Source: a virus
Length of the DNA stretch: 64,000 nucleotides
Virus record (IMG/VR): IMGVR_UViG_3300022226_000003
Coordinates: 1 to 64,000 of that record
Strand: one strand, 5' to 3'
Shown: piece after piece, positions 9,478 to 20,179 of the stretch
How positions within the stretch are numbered: position 1 is the stretch's first letter
Layout: every line of letters begins with the position of its first letter
Notes under the pieces: generated by a model
The model's database searches: none
Told to the model about the DNA's origin: nothing
Seen by the model: only the letters and a program-made list of their open reading frames with translations
Position numbers and translations under genes: made by a program

Positions 9478-9788
9478 TGACAGTAGGTACGTGGTCTGCT
9501 TTGATCAGTGCTATGGCATTGGTAATTGCGGGTCTTAGCTATGTTGGCAAAGTAGGAGGTGATCAATTCTGGTTAAGCAAGGATCAGCTTAAGCCTAGAG
9601 TTATGGAAATAGGGAATGCACAATGGGTTACCCAAGACTCATACCTTAAATCTGAACTATATAAAGTTCAAAAAGAGAAGCGACTTCTTGAATGGGAAAA
9701 TGGCAATGGCGGGTTAACTCCCAGACAGCAATTTGAACTTCAAGAATTAAAAGACCTCGAAGAGCAATATAAATTGGAGTTACAATAA
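9474..9788 (+). CDS. Membrane-anchored protein
   Basis: N-terminal TM helix then a charged helical region. RBS GAGGAG. Confidence 0.55.
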   Translation: MMTVGTWSALISAMALVIAGLSYVGKVGGDQFWLSKDQLKPRVMEIGNAQWVTQDSYLKSELYKVQKEKRLLEWENGNGGLTPRQQFELQELKDLEEQYKLELQ

Positions 9789-9925
9789 TGTTTCCTGAAG
9801 CCTTTTGTAAATTTCTCAGAACATTACCTCAAGATCGAATTTTTTGGAAGATTGTAATATCGCTCGTTGCCGGTATTATTCTTATGATTCTCTCAATAAT
9901 AGTTGAACTACAGGGCGTTAAATGA
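9788..9925 (+). CDS. 45-aa membrane peptide (not in ORF track)
   Basis: TAATG coupling. MFPEAFCKFLRTLPQDRIFWKIVISLVAGIILMILSIIVELQGVK. Confidence 0.5.
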   Translation: MFPEAFCKFLRTLPQDRIFWKIVISLVAGIILMILSIIVELQGVK

Positions 9926-9946
9926 AAATGAGAAAGGTATTCTGAG

Positions 9947-11941
9947 ATGGCACTTTCATTCAGCACAGGAATGACAAAAGATAATAGTGCTGAAGCAGTA
10001 GGAAGTATATGGCATGCGCCCAGGTTTGCCGGTGGGGGTCAAGCACCTGCAGCAGCCCTTGACACTACGGTATTCCGTGAAGGTGGAGGCTCCATTGGTG
10101 CTAAATTGGCCGGTAATAACTGGAATGCCGCCATTACATATAGCTATTTTGCTGATAAAGGTTCTGCCTTAAATCTCAGTACTGCAGGTAATGAAGTAAT
10201 TGCATTATGGGTGCAAATGACCACTCCCGGTACTGCATTACCTTTAGCTTCTGATGGAGCTTATATCTTGGTGTCTTCTTCCACCGAAGCTTACAATTCT
10301 AATCCCACAATATATTCTGAGTGGACTGTCGCCGGTTCAGATAAAGGTACTGACGGTTGGAGACTCTTCCTGCTTGATACTCGCAAAACACCCACTCAAA
10401 CAGTTGGCGGTGGCGCGAATTTAGCTTCCATCAGGAAGATCGGTTTTGGTATACGTTCGACTGCGAGTGTGGGTAACGTAAGAGCTGATAACTGCTATGT
10501 AGATGCTATATATCACGGCAGGCCTCTCTACACTCTAAATGGAGATGGTACAATTGTTGCTGATTGGGATGATTTCTTACAGCATTCCATAACTGACGAA
10601 AACGGCCTTATCGAGAAAGTTGACGGCGGTATTGCTTTCTCTGCTGGGATAGCGATAGGAACAGATGGACAAACAGCCACTACATCTTTCAGTGACGCTA
10701 CCGGTAAAAGTATCGTATTTAAACGCCATACTTATGAGAATGGTACTTCTGAAGTCGATGCTCTGAATTATGCTGATTACTATCAATTTAAAGCTAATGG
10801 TGCTGCGAGTTTCAATACCAGTATAAGTCTAGGTACTGTTGTGGGATCAGGAGATGACCGGCAAGGTGTACTGGGCGGTTCTATTAAGGTTGATGATGTT
10901 GCCAATATGACTTTTGCGGTGGATATGGCCACAGATATTGCGCATCTCTCTTCTGTCCATTTATATGGTGTGACTTTTGCCGGTGCGCATGGCGGAATCC
11001 TGATGGATGGTAAGACCACTGCAGCGGACAGTAATGCTATTTCTTGTACAATGGTCAATTGCGGTGAATTTAATCCGGGATCGGCTAATAATGGTGCAGA
11101 AGTCCTGAATACTTTTGTAATTGATCCGGAGGATAGTGGCGCGGGTGACAATAGAGGTATCAGGTTTCCGGCAGCTACGACACGTACTAAAAATATTTCC
11201 TGTATCACATCAGGAACTCCTACAACTCAGCATATGTTACATTTCACGAATACTGGAACGTATTCTTTAAATTTAACGAATATTGTATTATTTGGCGATT
11301 ATGCTTCAGCAAGCTTATGGCACGCAGAAAATAGTGCCGCCAGTTCCGTTGCAACCATAAATAACCTAGGTACTACAAACCTGGTTGAAGCAGAAGTTGA
11401 TGACAGCGGAGCGGGAGCTTCCACAACTGTTATTGCCGGTCAGGTAACACTGCTGATTACTGTTAGGGACCAACAAACAAAAGCTGCACAGCCAGATGTG
11501 GCAATAACTGTTGAAGCTGACGACACAGGCCCTTTACCATATAGAGACTCTGTGACAATATCTGAATCTGCAGGTACTGCCACGGTTACACATACGGCAC
11601 ATGGATTTTCAACCGGACAAAAAGTTTCAATTAGAGGTGCCTCTCCGAACTCTTTTAACAGAATTAAAACCATAACTGTCACAGGTGCAAATGGTTATAC
11701 TTATCCCGCCACTGAATCTGGTCCAGTAACGGGTACTATAACCTCCACGGCAGTAATAATTGACGGACTGACAGATGCGAACGGTCAAATAAGTGATACC
11801 AGAACATATTCTTCAAATCAAGATATTATAGGCTTTGCTGCAAAAGGAACTTCGCAGCCCGTATATAAACGAGCACCTATTGATGATGTAGTCGATAGCA
11901 CAAATGGAACTTCTATAACTTTACTTTTAATTGGAGATTAG
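9947..11941 (+). CDS. Virion structural/fibre protein
   Basis: 664 aa, rich in G/T/A/S. Carbohydrate-binding-like N-terminus. C-terminal TATVTHTAHGFSTGQKVSIRGA small beta-domain. Confidence 0.55.
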   Translation: MALSFSTGMTKDNSAEAVGSIWHAPRFAGGGQAPAAALDTTVFREGGGSIGAKLAGNNWNAAITYSYFADKGSALNLSTAGNEVIALWVQMTTPGTALPLASDGAYILVSSSTEAYNSNPTIYSEWTVAGSDKGTDGWRLFLLDTRKTPTQTVGGGANLASIRKIGFGIRSTASVGNVRADNCYVDAIYHGRPLYTLNGDGTIVADWDDFLQHSITDENGLIEKVDGGIAFSAGIAIGTDGQTATTSFSDATGKSIVFKRHTYENGTSEVDALNYADYYQFKANGAASFNTSISLGTVVGSGDDRQGVLGGSIKVDDVANMTFAVDMATDIAHLSSVHLYGVTFAGAHGGILMDGKTTAADSNAISCTMVNCGEFNPGSANNGAEVLNTFVIDPEDSGAGDNRGIRFPAATTRTKNISCITSGTPTTQHMLHFTNTGTYSLNLTNIVLFGDYASASLWHAENSAASSVATINNLGTTNLVEAEVDDSGAGASTTVIAGQVTLLITVRDQQTKAAQPDVAITVEADDTGPLPYRDSVTISESAGTATVTHTAHGFSTGQKVSIRGASPNSFNRIKTITVTGANGYTYPATESGPVTGTITSTAVIIDGLTDANGQISDTRTYSSNQDIIGFAAKGTSQPVYKRAPIDDVVDSTNGTSITLLLIGD

Positions 11942-11942
11942 A

Positions 11943-14348
11943 ATGCCAACATATTTTGTTGTTGAATATGATAATGAAGCATCTGGTCCATTTGTAGCGG
12001 AAGGCGCTGATCTCACATGGGATGCCGCCGCTAGCTCTGGAACCATTATCACAGTAATAGATCGAGGAACTACGGGTAAGCTATATTGTGCATTATTGAC
12101 CGGGACAATTCCCAATGATAATGATGCAATGACGCAAGGAACTACCACTGCTGATGCATTTAAAGATGGTCAAGCAATTTTATATCCTGCTTACTTTAGA
12201 GAAGATCTTGCAGTACCTTCCACTGGTATTACCTCATGGACAGGCCCAGCTTTAGGCACTACCCACTCTTTCTTTTTTAGTGGACAAACAGTCAATGTTG
12301 TGGCCGGTGAAATCTTAACATTCTCAGGCGGTCAAACCTGTGAAGTAATTACAGTGGAAAGTGATGCAGGAGCTACCGGTGAACTTTCGGTTAGATTTAT
12401 CTCTAACCTTGATGCGGGATTACCTGTAGATGGCGATACTTTCACAGGTGATATTGCTGGTGATGGTACCGTGGACGGTGTTGTACATGACAGGGCGTAT
12501 TCGCCTCTCCATATCCACCGTTTATTAGCTGACTTAAACGACGATGATGATATTGCGGGAAATGATGATCTTTCTCGTTTGGACCCAACACCGTCAAGTA
12601 AAGATACGGCGGAGATCGTTAATCTTTTATCTAATTTAGTTATCAATGACACCATTGCACAACATATGTATGGTGGCTCTATATCCCAGTTAGGCGGTAA
12701 TACGCTATATTCTGGTCTAGATGTGCAAGTAACATCACCCAATACTGATACCCAACCAGTAATTATTCAAGATGATGCTATCATTACTGACTACTGGAAG
12801 AATGCATTCATGCCCGATTCCATTGCCGGTAAAGTTCGTATCTTGATTAAAACTCGCGAAGACGGTGTTGATATTGACGGTAAGCGTGTTCGAGGCGCTC
12901 TACTTGAGAATAATTATAGCTACTTCTTCGGTGGTACCACTCTGGGAACAGCTACCACGGCACTTGCATTATTCGCAAGTCCTGACGGTAACAACCAGAC
13001 TGCATTAGCTACCTTGGCCGGTGCACCTTACAATACCGTAACTCAAACTGAAGGTCTGCAATTAATTGACTTCAATAACGGTAATGGTGCTACTCAGTAC
13101 GGCTACGAATATGGTTATGGAACTGCAACCAGTTTACAAGCCTATGAACGGTCTAAATACATTCAAGCCAGAGGTACAGCTGAAACATTATTTGGCAGGA
13201 ATGCGCAATTGTTCATAGGTTTTAATATGAACTTTGCCTATGATGCTGAAAGTGCTAATTTAACCCAGTCTGAAGTTATGTACTGGGGTATGACCGCAAC
13301 TTACACAGGGCAAGTTACGAGCTTTACTGTGGGTGAAGTCATCACCTTCAGTGGCGGCGGTAGAGGTCGTCTTCTGTATCAAAATGATGCAGGCGCAACA
13401 GGTACCTTGGTCTTAGCAATGGAACCCGGAATTACCCCGGCTGGTGCTGAAACCATGACAGGCGTATCTTCTGGAGGTGACGGTACTGTCGGTGTAGTGA
13501 CTGGTACAGCTTCCACACCTGCAGGTAGCTTCCTGGCAATGGCCATCGATGACGCCGGAACTACGGGCTTTCTGTATGGACAATTGCTAACCGGCCTCAC
13601 ACCCACAAATAACCAAACACTTTATGGTGGAACTTCAAACTCTACCGTGGATGTAAATGGCGCAGTATCCGTTCGTACGATCAACAACCAATACATGGGT
13701 GTTTATACTGGAACAAACTTCCAGACTAACTTCGGTATTGCAATTGATCCGTTGAATGCTATCCTGGGAGATCTGAACAGGAACTTAGCTGATACTCAAC
13801 AAGGTGTTCCGGACAACCAACAAGGTGTTGTCGGCAACTTACAAGAGGGTGATGTCGTTACTGTATATCCTTGGGATGGTTCTACTCTTGATGCAAATGG
13901 AGACAGAGCACCTTTTTATGCAGAGACCACTATTACGGCCACAGTTACGGGTGGTGTTTCAACCACAATAGCAGCGGCTGCAATTCCCGATAATACTCCT
14001 TCAGCTGGTTTCTTGAGACTTGAAAGAGATTCTGATGGTAATTTCGATTTAATTGAATATGTTTCTTATTCAGGCTTAACTTATACTCTCGGTGGAAGTA
14101 CTCCAACTGTACCCAACACAGCCACTTCAGGTAATAACCTGATGAGGGCGTTTATTGATGCAGTGGTTGCGGTGGCAGGACCTACCCAGCTATCCTACAC
14201 AGCTGTAAAGGGTGCTGGTAATACGAATGTAGCAATCAAGGTCAGGAATGGTGGAACTCTCAACGGTCCCATTAAACCTAACCCGATCAACGCAACATTC
14301 GGTGCGACCGGCTTTAACGTAAACGCGACTAGAATCAGTGATGCCTAA
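11943..14348 (+). CDS. Virion structural protein
   Basis: ATG 11943 with RBS GGAG. G/T-rich, with internally repeated GE.(L/I)TFSGG....DAGATG.L modules. Confidence 0.6.
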   Translation: MPTYFVVEYDNEASGPFVAEGADLTWDAAASSGTIITVIDRGTTGKLYCALLTGTIPNDNDAMTQGTTTADAFKDGQAILYPAYFREDLAVPSTGITSWTGPALGTTHSFFFSGQTVNVVAGEILTFSGGQTCEVITVESDAGATGELSVRFISNLDAGLPVDGDTFTGDIAGDGTVDGVVHDRAYSPLHIHRLLADLNDDDDIAGNDDLSRLDPTPSSKDTAEIVNLLSNLVINDTIAQHMYGGSISQLGGNTLYSGLDVQVTSPNTDTQPVIIQDDAIITDYWKNAFMPDSIAGKVRILIKTREDGVDIDGKRVRGALLENNYSYFFGGTTLGTATTALALFASPDGNNQTALATLAGAPYNTVTQTEGLQLIDFNNGNGATQYGYEYGYGTATSLQAYERSKYIQARGTAETLFGRNAQLFIGFNMNFAYDAESANLTQSEVMYWGMTATYTGQVTSFTVGEVITFSGGGRGRLLYQNDAGATGTLVLAMEPGITPAGAETMTGVSSGGDGTVGVVTGTASTPAGSFLAMAIDDAGTTGFLYGQLLTGLTPTNNQTLYGGTSNSTVDVNGAVSVRTINNQYMGVYTGTNFQTNFGIAIDPLNAILGDLNRNLADTQQGVPDNQQGVVGNLQEGDVVTVYPWDGSTLDANGDRAPFYAETTITATVTGGVSTTIAAAAIPDNTPSAGFLRLERDSDGNFDLIEYVSYSGLTYTLGGSTPTVPNTATSGNNLMRAFIDAVVAVAGPTQLSYTAVKGAGNTNVAIKVRNGGTLNGPIKPNPINATFGATGFNVNATRISDA

Positions 14349-14350
14349 TA

Positions 14351-15625
14351 ATGGCCACACAGATAAATCGTGTAACCGGGGTTATATTTGTTCCTAGAGC
14401 AGATATGACTCTTGTTCAATCTAATCCTACTGAGATACGAGAGTTAGATCTTAATCAGTGGAGATTGATATTACGTGATTTAGATGACGATGTTGATGGT
14501 CGTTTATGGCCGGACACTCATTCACATAATGAAGATGTTATTGTGGGTGGTGTTAGCTTGGCGGACGTATTGATAATTTCTGATTATTATACTGTTACTT
14601 TTGAGGATGGCCAATATGCAGTAAATTTGAGGGGCCTCAATTCAAATGTAGGTGACAGGGTAAATGTCAATCAGGTATCAGTACGTTCAGCTAATTCCGC
14701 AGGATTGGTGAATTCCAGAGCAATAGAGTCCATTGAATACGACAGAAGAGTGACTTTGGATCAGAACAATGTGACAGGTAATTCTAGGCCAGGTTCGGTG
14801 GCACCCACAGGGACATTGAGACAGCCCTCGGATAATGTTGGAGACACCTTGATAATTGCGGCATTTAACGGTTTCGACACTATTCACTTAATTGGTGATG
14901 TACTGTTTACTACAGGTGATACCATAAATGACTTAACGATACACGGACAAAATCCTACAAGAAGTCTTGTTACCATCGATGCTGCAGCTAATTGTCTGAA
15001 TTGTGAATTTGAGAATTCGGCTTTAACTGGTGTTCTTGACGGCGGTTCCATAATCAAAGATTGCGTGATAATCGGGTTAAATTACATAAATGGTACTGTT
15101 AAAAACTGTCGATTAGATCCCACTTTCAATCATGTATTGGGCGGAACTTCAGCGGATTATGCTTTCTTTAACAATTGCACAAGTGGGCAACCGGGTCCGA
15201 CAACACCTGTTATAGATTGTGGCGGAGATGGTCCAAATTTATTTATGAGTGGATATTCAGGTGGATTAAAGCTAATAAATAAGACCGGTACAGCAGCATT
15301 TACGATAGGTCTCGGTGAAGGTTCCATCATCATAGATCTTGACACTGTCACTAATGGAACAATCATCATACGTGGTGATGGTCACGTAACAGATCAATTA
15401 GGCAATCATCTTGATAGTGGTACTTATGGTACTTTAACTTTGATAAATCAAACAGTAGATGGTGCAGAGATACATGAGAAAGTGTCTGAGATGTGGTCAA
15501 GATCTGATTTGAATCCAGACACTCCAAATACATATGCAAATGATGCATCTAGTATTTCAAATGATAAATTTACTATAACTCGTACCGATAATGGGAATGG
15601 TACTTTCACAACACAGAGGTCTTAA
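14351..15625 (+). CDS. Virion structural protein with probable beta-helix
   Basis: Repeated NC/DC spaced motifs (NCLNCEF, IKDCVI, VKNCRL, FNNCTS). Confidence 0.5.
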   Translation: MATQINRVTGVIFVPRADMTLVQSNPTEIRELDLNQWRLILRDLDDDVDGRLWPDTHSHNEDVIVGGVSLADVLIISDYYTVTFEDGQYAVNLRGLNSNVGDRVNVNQVSVRSANSAGLVNSRAIESIEYDRRVTLDQNNVTGNSRPGSVAPTGTLRQPSDNVGDTLIIAAFNGFDTIHLIGDVLFTTGDTINDLTIHGQNPTRSLVTIDAAANCLNCEFENSALTGVLDGGSIIKDCVIIGLNYINGTVKNCRLDPTFNHVLGGTSADYAFFNNCTSGQPGPTTPVIDCGGDGPNLFMSGYSGGLKLINKTGTAAFTIGLGEGSIIIDLDTVTNGTIIIRGDGHVTDQLGNHLDSGTYGTLTLINQTVDGAEIHEKVSEMWSRSDLNPDTPNTYANDASSISNDKFTITRTDNGNGTFTTQRS

Positions 15626-15628
15626 ATA

Positions 15629-16114
15629 ATGGCAAATGAAGTTTTTAACATCGCAAAAGGCGAAGTTAATGGGTACGTAAATAGGGTAATCAATAATGAT
15701 CCCACCAATGCAGGTCTTTATGTTATTTTATTACAGACCGCTGAGGCTGACGCCACTTTACGTGATCACGATACACTGGCAGCAATTTTAGCAGGTGCTA
15801 ATACAGAAGCAACTTTTACTAACTACACTCGTGCGGCTGTTACTATTACTGATGTTACAAATACACCAACTGTTACCGTAGATGATACTAATGATCGACG
15901 TGAAGCTGACTTCCCTGACATCACAATTTCAAGTGCAGGTGGAGCTACCAATAATACTCTCGCTAAAGGTATTGTTTGTTATGTGCCTGATGTAATAACA
16001 CCCAGTGCTGATAATTTGATTATTCCTTTAACTCATCACGATTTCGTAGTTACCACTAATGGTAATGATCTTATTATTCAGGTAGATCCTCTCGGATTCC
16101 ATCGTGCTGCTTAG
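15629..16114 (+). CDS. Small beta-rich virion protein (probable paralog of 6846..7307)
   Basis: EATFTNYTR, DFPDITIS and HHDFVVTTNGNDL segments, similar in layout to 6846..7307. Confidence 0.6.
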   Translation: MANEVFNIAKGEVNGYVNRVINNDPTNAGLYVILLQTAEADATLRDHDTLAAILAGANTEATFTNYTRAAVTITDVTNTPTVTVDDTNDRREADFPDITISSAGGATNNTLAKGIVCYVPDVITPSADNLIIPLTHHDFVVTTNGNDLIIQVDPLGFHRAA

Positions 16115-16126
16115 GAGGTATAAATA

Positions 16127-16528
16127 ATGGTAGACTATGTGGCTTTAAAAGCCGAACTTGACGCAGGGCATCCTGATACAGGTCTTTATAATGTAGATGA
16201 TGCTATTGCACTTTCTCAAATTAATTTAGCTAATCGTACAAGAATTAAGCCTACAGTATCAGGTGCTGAGATTGCCGATGCAACCGATACTACTGAATTC
16301 GCTGCATTAACACCCACAGATCAAAATAGATGGCTTGCAATGTGTGCTATCAATACTTTAGATACTACAGGTGGTATTGCAGGAGCATTAGAAGCAGCCC
16401 TTTTCGGTGTTGCTACTGCAACCAGAGCTAACCTAGTTGCTCTTAGAGAAGAAACTGTAAGTCGTGCAGTAGAGTTATTCGGCTCAGATCTTATTATTGG
16501 TGATATTCAAAATGCGAGGGCCTTGTAA
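16127..16528 (+). CDS. Hypothetical virion protein
   Basis: RBS AGGAGG. C-terminal SRAVELFG....GDI..AR. Confidence 0.6.
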   Translation: MVDYVALKAELDAGHPDTGLYNVDDAIALSQINLANRTRIKPTVSGAEIADATDTTEFAALTPTDQNRWLAMCAINTLDTTGGIAGALEAALFGVATATRANLVALREETVSRAVELFGSDLIIGDIQNARAL

Positions 16529-16992
16529 TGGTTGATGCAGTACTCAGTGGGTATAAAGAAGAAGCCCAGTCCGTTGTTTTCAGCGGCACACAGCAAATTA
16601 ATTCCTTATTGGACAATGAATGGACAGATCCTTCAGATGTAATTGATAACAGTAGTTTAAAATATTTATTTGCAGATATTGAATTAGTTTTAGGTAGTGC
16701 TGCTTTTACAGGCACTGATTCTTCAATTGAATTGTATTTAATACCTTCAGTTGACGGCACAAACTATCCAGACTGGGTTGGTAATGTCACTACCGACGAA
16801 CAGGAAAACAATAAACACTTTATTGGCTCTATGGTTACGAGTGGATCGACTGCTGCGCAAAGAATGACGTTACGTGCTGTTGCGATGCCTCCTGGTAAAT
16901 TTAAGTTTGGTATTCGTAGTCGTGCTAATGTGACACTTGCCGCTTCAGGTAATACACTTAAATTTCGTCGTTGGAATTATTCGAGTCAGTAA
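16528..16992 (+). CDS. Hypothetical virion protein
   Basis: Coupled ORF. LYLIPSVDGTNYPD and PPGKFK..I.......LAASGN motifs. Precedes the LamG genes. Confidence 0.6.
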   Translation: MVDAVLSGYKEEAQSVVFSGTQQINSLLDNEWTDPSDVIDNSSLKYLFADIELVLGSAAFTGTDSSIELYLIPSVDGTNYPDWVGNVTTDEQENNKHFIGSMVTSGSTAAQRMTLRAVAMPPGKFKFGIRSRANVTLAASGNTLKFRRWNYSSQ

Positions 16993-17783
16993 AAGTGTCA
17001 AAAAACAAAACACTTAATTTCCCAATACTGAGCTCGCCCGAGTTACAAATTCCCGGACGAAAACCAGTTGGTCTAGTGGAGATTGATTGGCAAAACTCGA
17101 TAACTAATGATCTAAAATTTTGCGTCCCTTTTATCAATGGTTGGCATGAGTTAGTAAATAATCAACAGGCTGATACTTCGACGTTGGATGCCAATAATTT
17201 TATGAGCAGCCATCTAGGCGAAAAGGCTTTTCGATTTGGCGGTGATCATAATGAATATATCGAATATCCTAATGATCCCGGGTTCGCCTTCAATCAAACG
17301 AAGGGCTATACAATACTAGCAAGAATTTCCTTAGACTCTATAGCAGACTTTCGGTCGATTTGTTGTTATAAGCTGACTGATGATAGTGAGCCTTTTCTGA
17401 TGTTTTACTCTAATGATGCTTCGTATTCTTCGCTTTCTTGGGGAAATCTAACTATCTCTGAAAAAGGTATAAATACCGGGGATATCAATATAACACCCGG
17501 AGATGGTCAATTTCACACTATTATTATTACAATGGATGGCGTGAATCCTGTTAATATATCTTCTTGGAATTGTTGGATTGATGGTGTTCCTCTAACTATT
17601 AATACTCAAGGTAATTTTGGGTCGGTCGGAAATACTACTAAATTAGGCGCTTGGGATAATACTTTGCATGAGTGGCCCGGATTTGTATCTTTACAAGCTA
17701 GATGGGATAGGTCTTTAAATGACGTCGAAGTAATAAGCTTATTTAAAGACCCATATCAAATTTTCAGGCCGAGGATTCGCTAA
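16971..17783 (+). CDS. LamG/concanavalin A-like lectin-fold protein
   Basis: YTILARI, FHTIIIT.DG, WIDGV and WDRSLNDVEVISLF motifs. Start uncertain (GTG 16995 possible). Confidence 0.7.
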   Translation: MELFESVKVSKNKTLNFPILSSPELQIPGRKPVGLVEIDWQNSITNDLKFCVPFINGWHELVNNQQADTSTLDANNFMSSHLGEKAFRFGGDHNEYIEYPNDPGFAFNQTKGYTILARISLDSIADFRSICCYKLTDDSEPFLMFYSNDASYSSLSWGNLTISEKGINTGDINITPGDGQFHTIIITMDGVNPVNISSWNCWIDGVPLTINTQGNFGSVGNTTKLGAWDNTLHEWPGFVSLQARWDRSLNDVEVISLFKDPYQIFRPRIR

Positions 17784-20179
17784 TGTTGATCACGATACCC
17801 GAAGACGAAACGAAGCCGCATGTCATACCTGAACTGCCGTTTAAAACTTATGACTCGATGTTGTTCAATGCGAGCCTCGCAACATATGCTACGCAAAATA
17901 TTAATATACTCGTTAATCCTGCTGGTGCTTATACATTCGCTTGTTGGTTTCATATGACTACTGCCTCGAATCTCGAAGAATATATGCTTATGAATATAAG
18001 TGATGAAAATTTGAGTGATTTTATTAATATGCGAGTCAGTGATTTAACGCCGGGCCCACCAGCTTTTGAGTTCAATGTAAGAGCCCAGGGCACGGCAACT
18101 CAATCGGCCAATGCAAGTCCAGTCGTGCCATTTCAACAAGGGTGGCACCACGGTGTCGCAGTACAGTATGCAACAAATGACAGACACGCAATTTTAGATG
18201 GTCATATTGAGGGAATCAATACCGTTGACTTAACTCCGGTGGGCCTAGTGCATGTTAATGTCGGTGCACACGTATACAACAACCGTAATAATCGCATCGA
18301 TCATCATGACGGGTATATATGCTTGCCAGCAATATGGAATGTCGGTTTAACAAAGGGCGAAATCAAGCAACTGTCAGAGGGCGTGCATCCGACAAAAATC
18401 AGGCCGGGCAACTTGGTCGCTTTATATAATAGTCGCGGAATAGATTTGATAAGCGGTAGAAATTTAACATTCTTTAACGGCGTTCAATCTAGTCAATTTT
18501 CACCGCCTTTTAAAAACGATTCCTACATATTCCCGTCAATAGATGATGAAAAATCTGTTATGCCGACTAAAACGCCCGAATTATATATTCACGAGCGTAA
18601 GCCAATTATCGGGCCGGTTGAAATAAATTTCACTAATTACCCAAAAATTAAATCGGCGTATTTATTCAATAGTCAGTCTGGTGCTAAGGATATTCTGGAC
18701 CCGTCGACAGAATCAACACCTCAAGGCACTGCAATCGTTGGGCCGTTTGGTTTAAAAACCTTTAACAATGCCAACGACTCGATGTATATCGGTACGAATA
18801 AATTAAATAGTATTTGTAACGGCGCGCAAGTCGTTATTTTTCACATCGGCTTTCGGGCAAGCTTTGACAGAGCTTCGAATGTAATTTTAGACGCTTATAT
18901 TAACGGAGCTACGACGAACAGTTTTTATATATATTTAACAGCTGCGGGCAACCTTACGGTTGGCGGCCGTAGCCAAGCTGGCGAAGTATTTGAAGACGGG
19001 GTATCTACTGGCGAAGAGTTTAAATCAGGCGAGGATCATTTTGTAGAAATTATTTACGATTACGTCGGCGACAAAATCGTCGCCTATAAAGATGATCGCA
19101 CAGTACTAAATCAGACAGTTACGTGGGATAGTGATACTCTTGTGGCAGGCGTCTCTACCGTTCAGGATGGTTTAGGCGGCACGGCCCACAGAAGCCGAAA
19201 CTCGGCAATGACGATATATTATTTTGCTGTCGAGACATACGATGAAAGACCAATCACGCTTAATAAAAGAAGCTCGACAAGAAACCCTTATGGGCTTCTA
19301 AAACAAAGCCGCCCTGACGTTTTAATAGGTGAAACGCAACCAGCTAATGGCTTTAATATTCCTGATGCAAAAGTTGAAATGCCTTCTTTATTTATTCCGG
19401 GTCGTAAACCAATAGGTGAAATGGAAATCGATTGGCAAAACCCGATAACATATAATTTAGAGCTATATCTACCTTTTTCAAATGCGCAGCCTCTTGCTGA
19501 TTTGACTGGTAAAAATGGTGATCGTGAGTTTGTCACTCCTTATGGTTCTCCTTCTAGGCATGTAGTAAGTGGTAGAGAATGTTGGGGTTTTAATCTAGCG
19601 GGTGGCGCAACGCAACATATATCAGTTGGTGAAGGGGCTTGCCGTCCCGGTTCTGATAATTTTAGCTATGGTTGTTGGGTTTGGATGGATGGCGGTATAT
19701 CAACTGAATCTATAAATGTATTTATGTCTGCATCAGCGCCAATTGATGACGGCGATAGGTACGGATTTTGGGGAAATGATTCAAACACAACCTTTACCGC
19801 CCAATATCATGAGGGTGGCCCCGGTAATGTAGTTGAGCTTGTCAACTCAGGCGAAACTCCAGCGGATTACGAAAACAAATGGGTTTTCCTTCTCCACGTA
19901 CTAGATCGCAATGCCGCAACGCCTACAATGTATTTATACCGCGATGGTATTTTGGTTGGCTCATCAACTGATCCGAAAATTAGTAACACGGCATTTGAAG
20001 ATCCGGGTTTTGATTTAAAAATCGCCGCTTATGGAGACGCTATTCCAACGGTCGAGAGTGATAATCGCTTTGAATTACGCGGTTATATTTCTGATGCTTA
20101 TTGGTGGCGTCGAGCTTTAACTCAATCAGAAGTTATAGAACTTTCTAAAAATCCTTATCAATTCTTGGTACCTAAATAA
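17783..20179 (+). CDS. Protein with three LamG-like domains (putative receptor-binding)
   Basis: TFACWF/WHHGVAV/IWNVGLTKGEI; HFVEIIYD; FSYGCWV/WVFLLHV/LYRDG/WRRALTQSEV. Confidence 0.7.
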   Translation: MLITIPEDETKPHVIPELPFKTYDSMLFNASLATYATQNINILVNPAGAYTFACWFHMTTASNLEEYMLMNISDENLSDFINMRVSDLTPGPPAFEFNVRAQGTATQSANASPVVPFQQGWHHGVAVQYATNDRHAILDGHIEGINTVDLTPVGLVHVNVGAHVYNNRNNRIDHHDGYICLPAIWNVGLTKGEIKQLSEGVHPTKIRPGNLVALYNSRGIDLISGRNLTFFNGVQSSQFSPPFKNDSYIFPSIDDEKSVMPTKTPELYIHERKPIIGPVEINFTNYPKIKSAYLFNSQSGAKDILDPSTESTPQGTAIVGPFGLKTFNNANDSMYIGTNKLNSICNGAQVVIFHIGFRASFDRASNVILDAYINGATTNSFYIYLTAAGNLTVGGRSQAGEVFEDGVSTGEEFKSGEDHFVEIIYDYVGDKIVAYKDDRTVLNQTVTWDSDTLVAGVSTVQDGLGGTAHRSRNSAMTIYYFAVETYDERPITLNKRSSTRNPYGLLKQSRPDVLIGETQPANGFNIPDAKVEMPSLFIPGRKPIGEMEIDWQNPITYNLELYLPFSNAQPLADLTGKNGDREFVTPYGSPSRHVVSGRECWGFNLAGGATQHISVGEGACRPGSDNFSYGCWVWMDGGISTESINVFMSASAPIDDGDRYGFWGNDSNTTFTAQYHEGGPGNVVELVNSGETPADYENKWVFLLHVLDRNAATPTMYLYRDGILVGSSTDPKISNTAFEDPGFDLKIAAYGDAIPTVESDNRFELRGYISDAYWWRRALTQSEVIELSKNPYQFLVPK

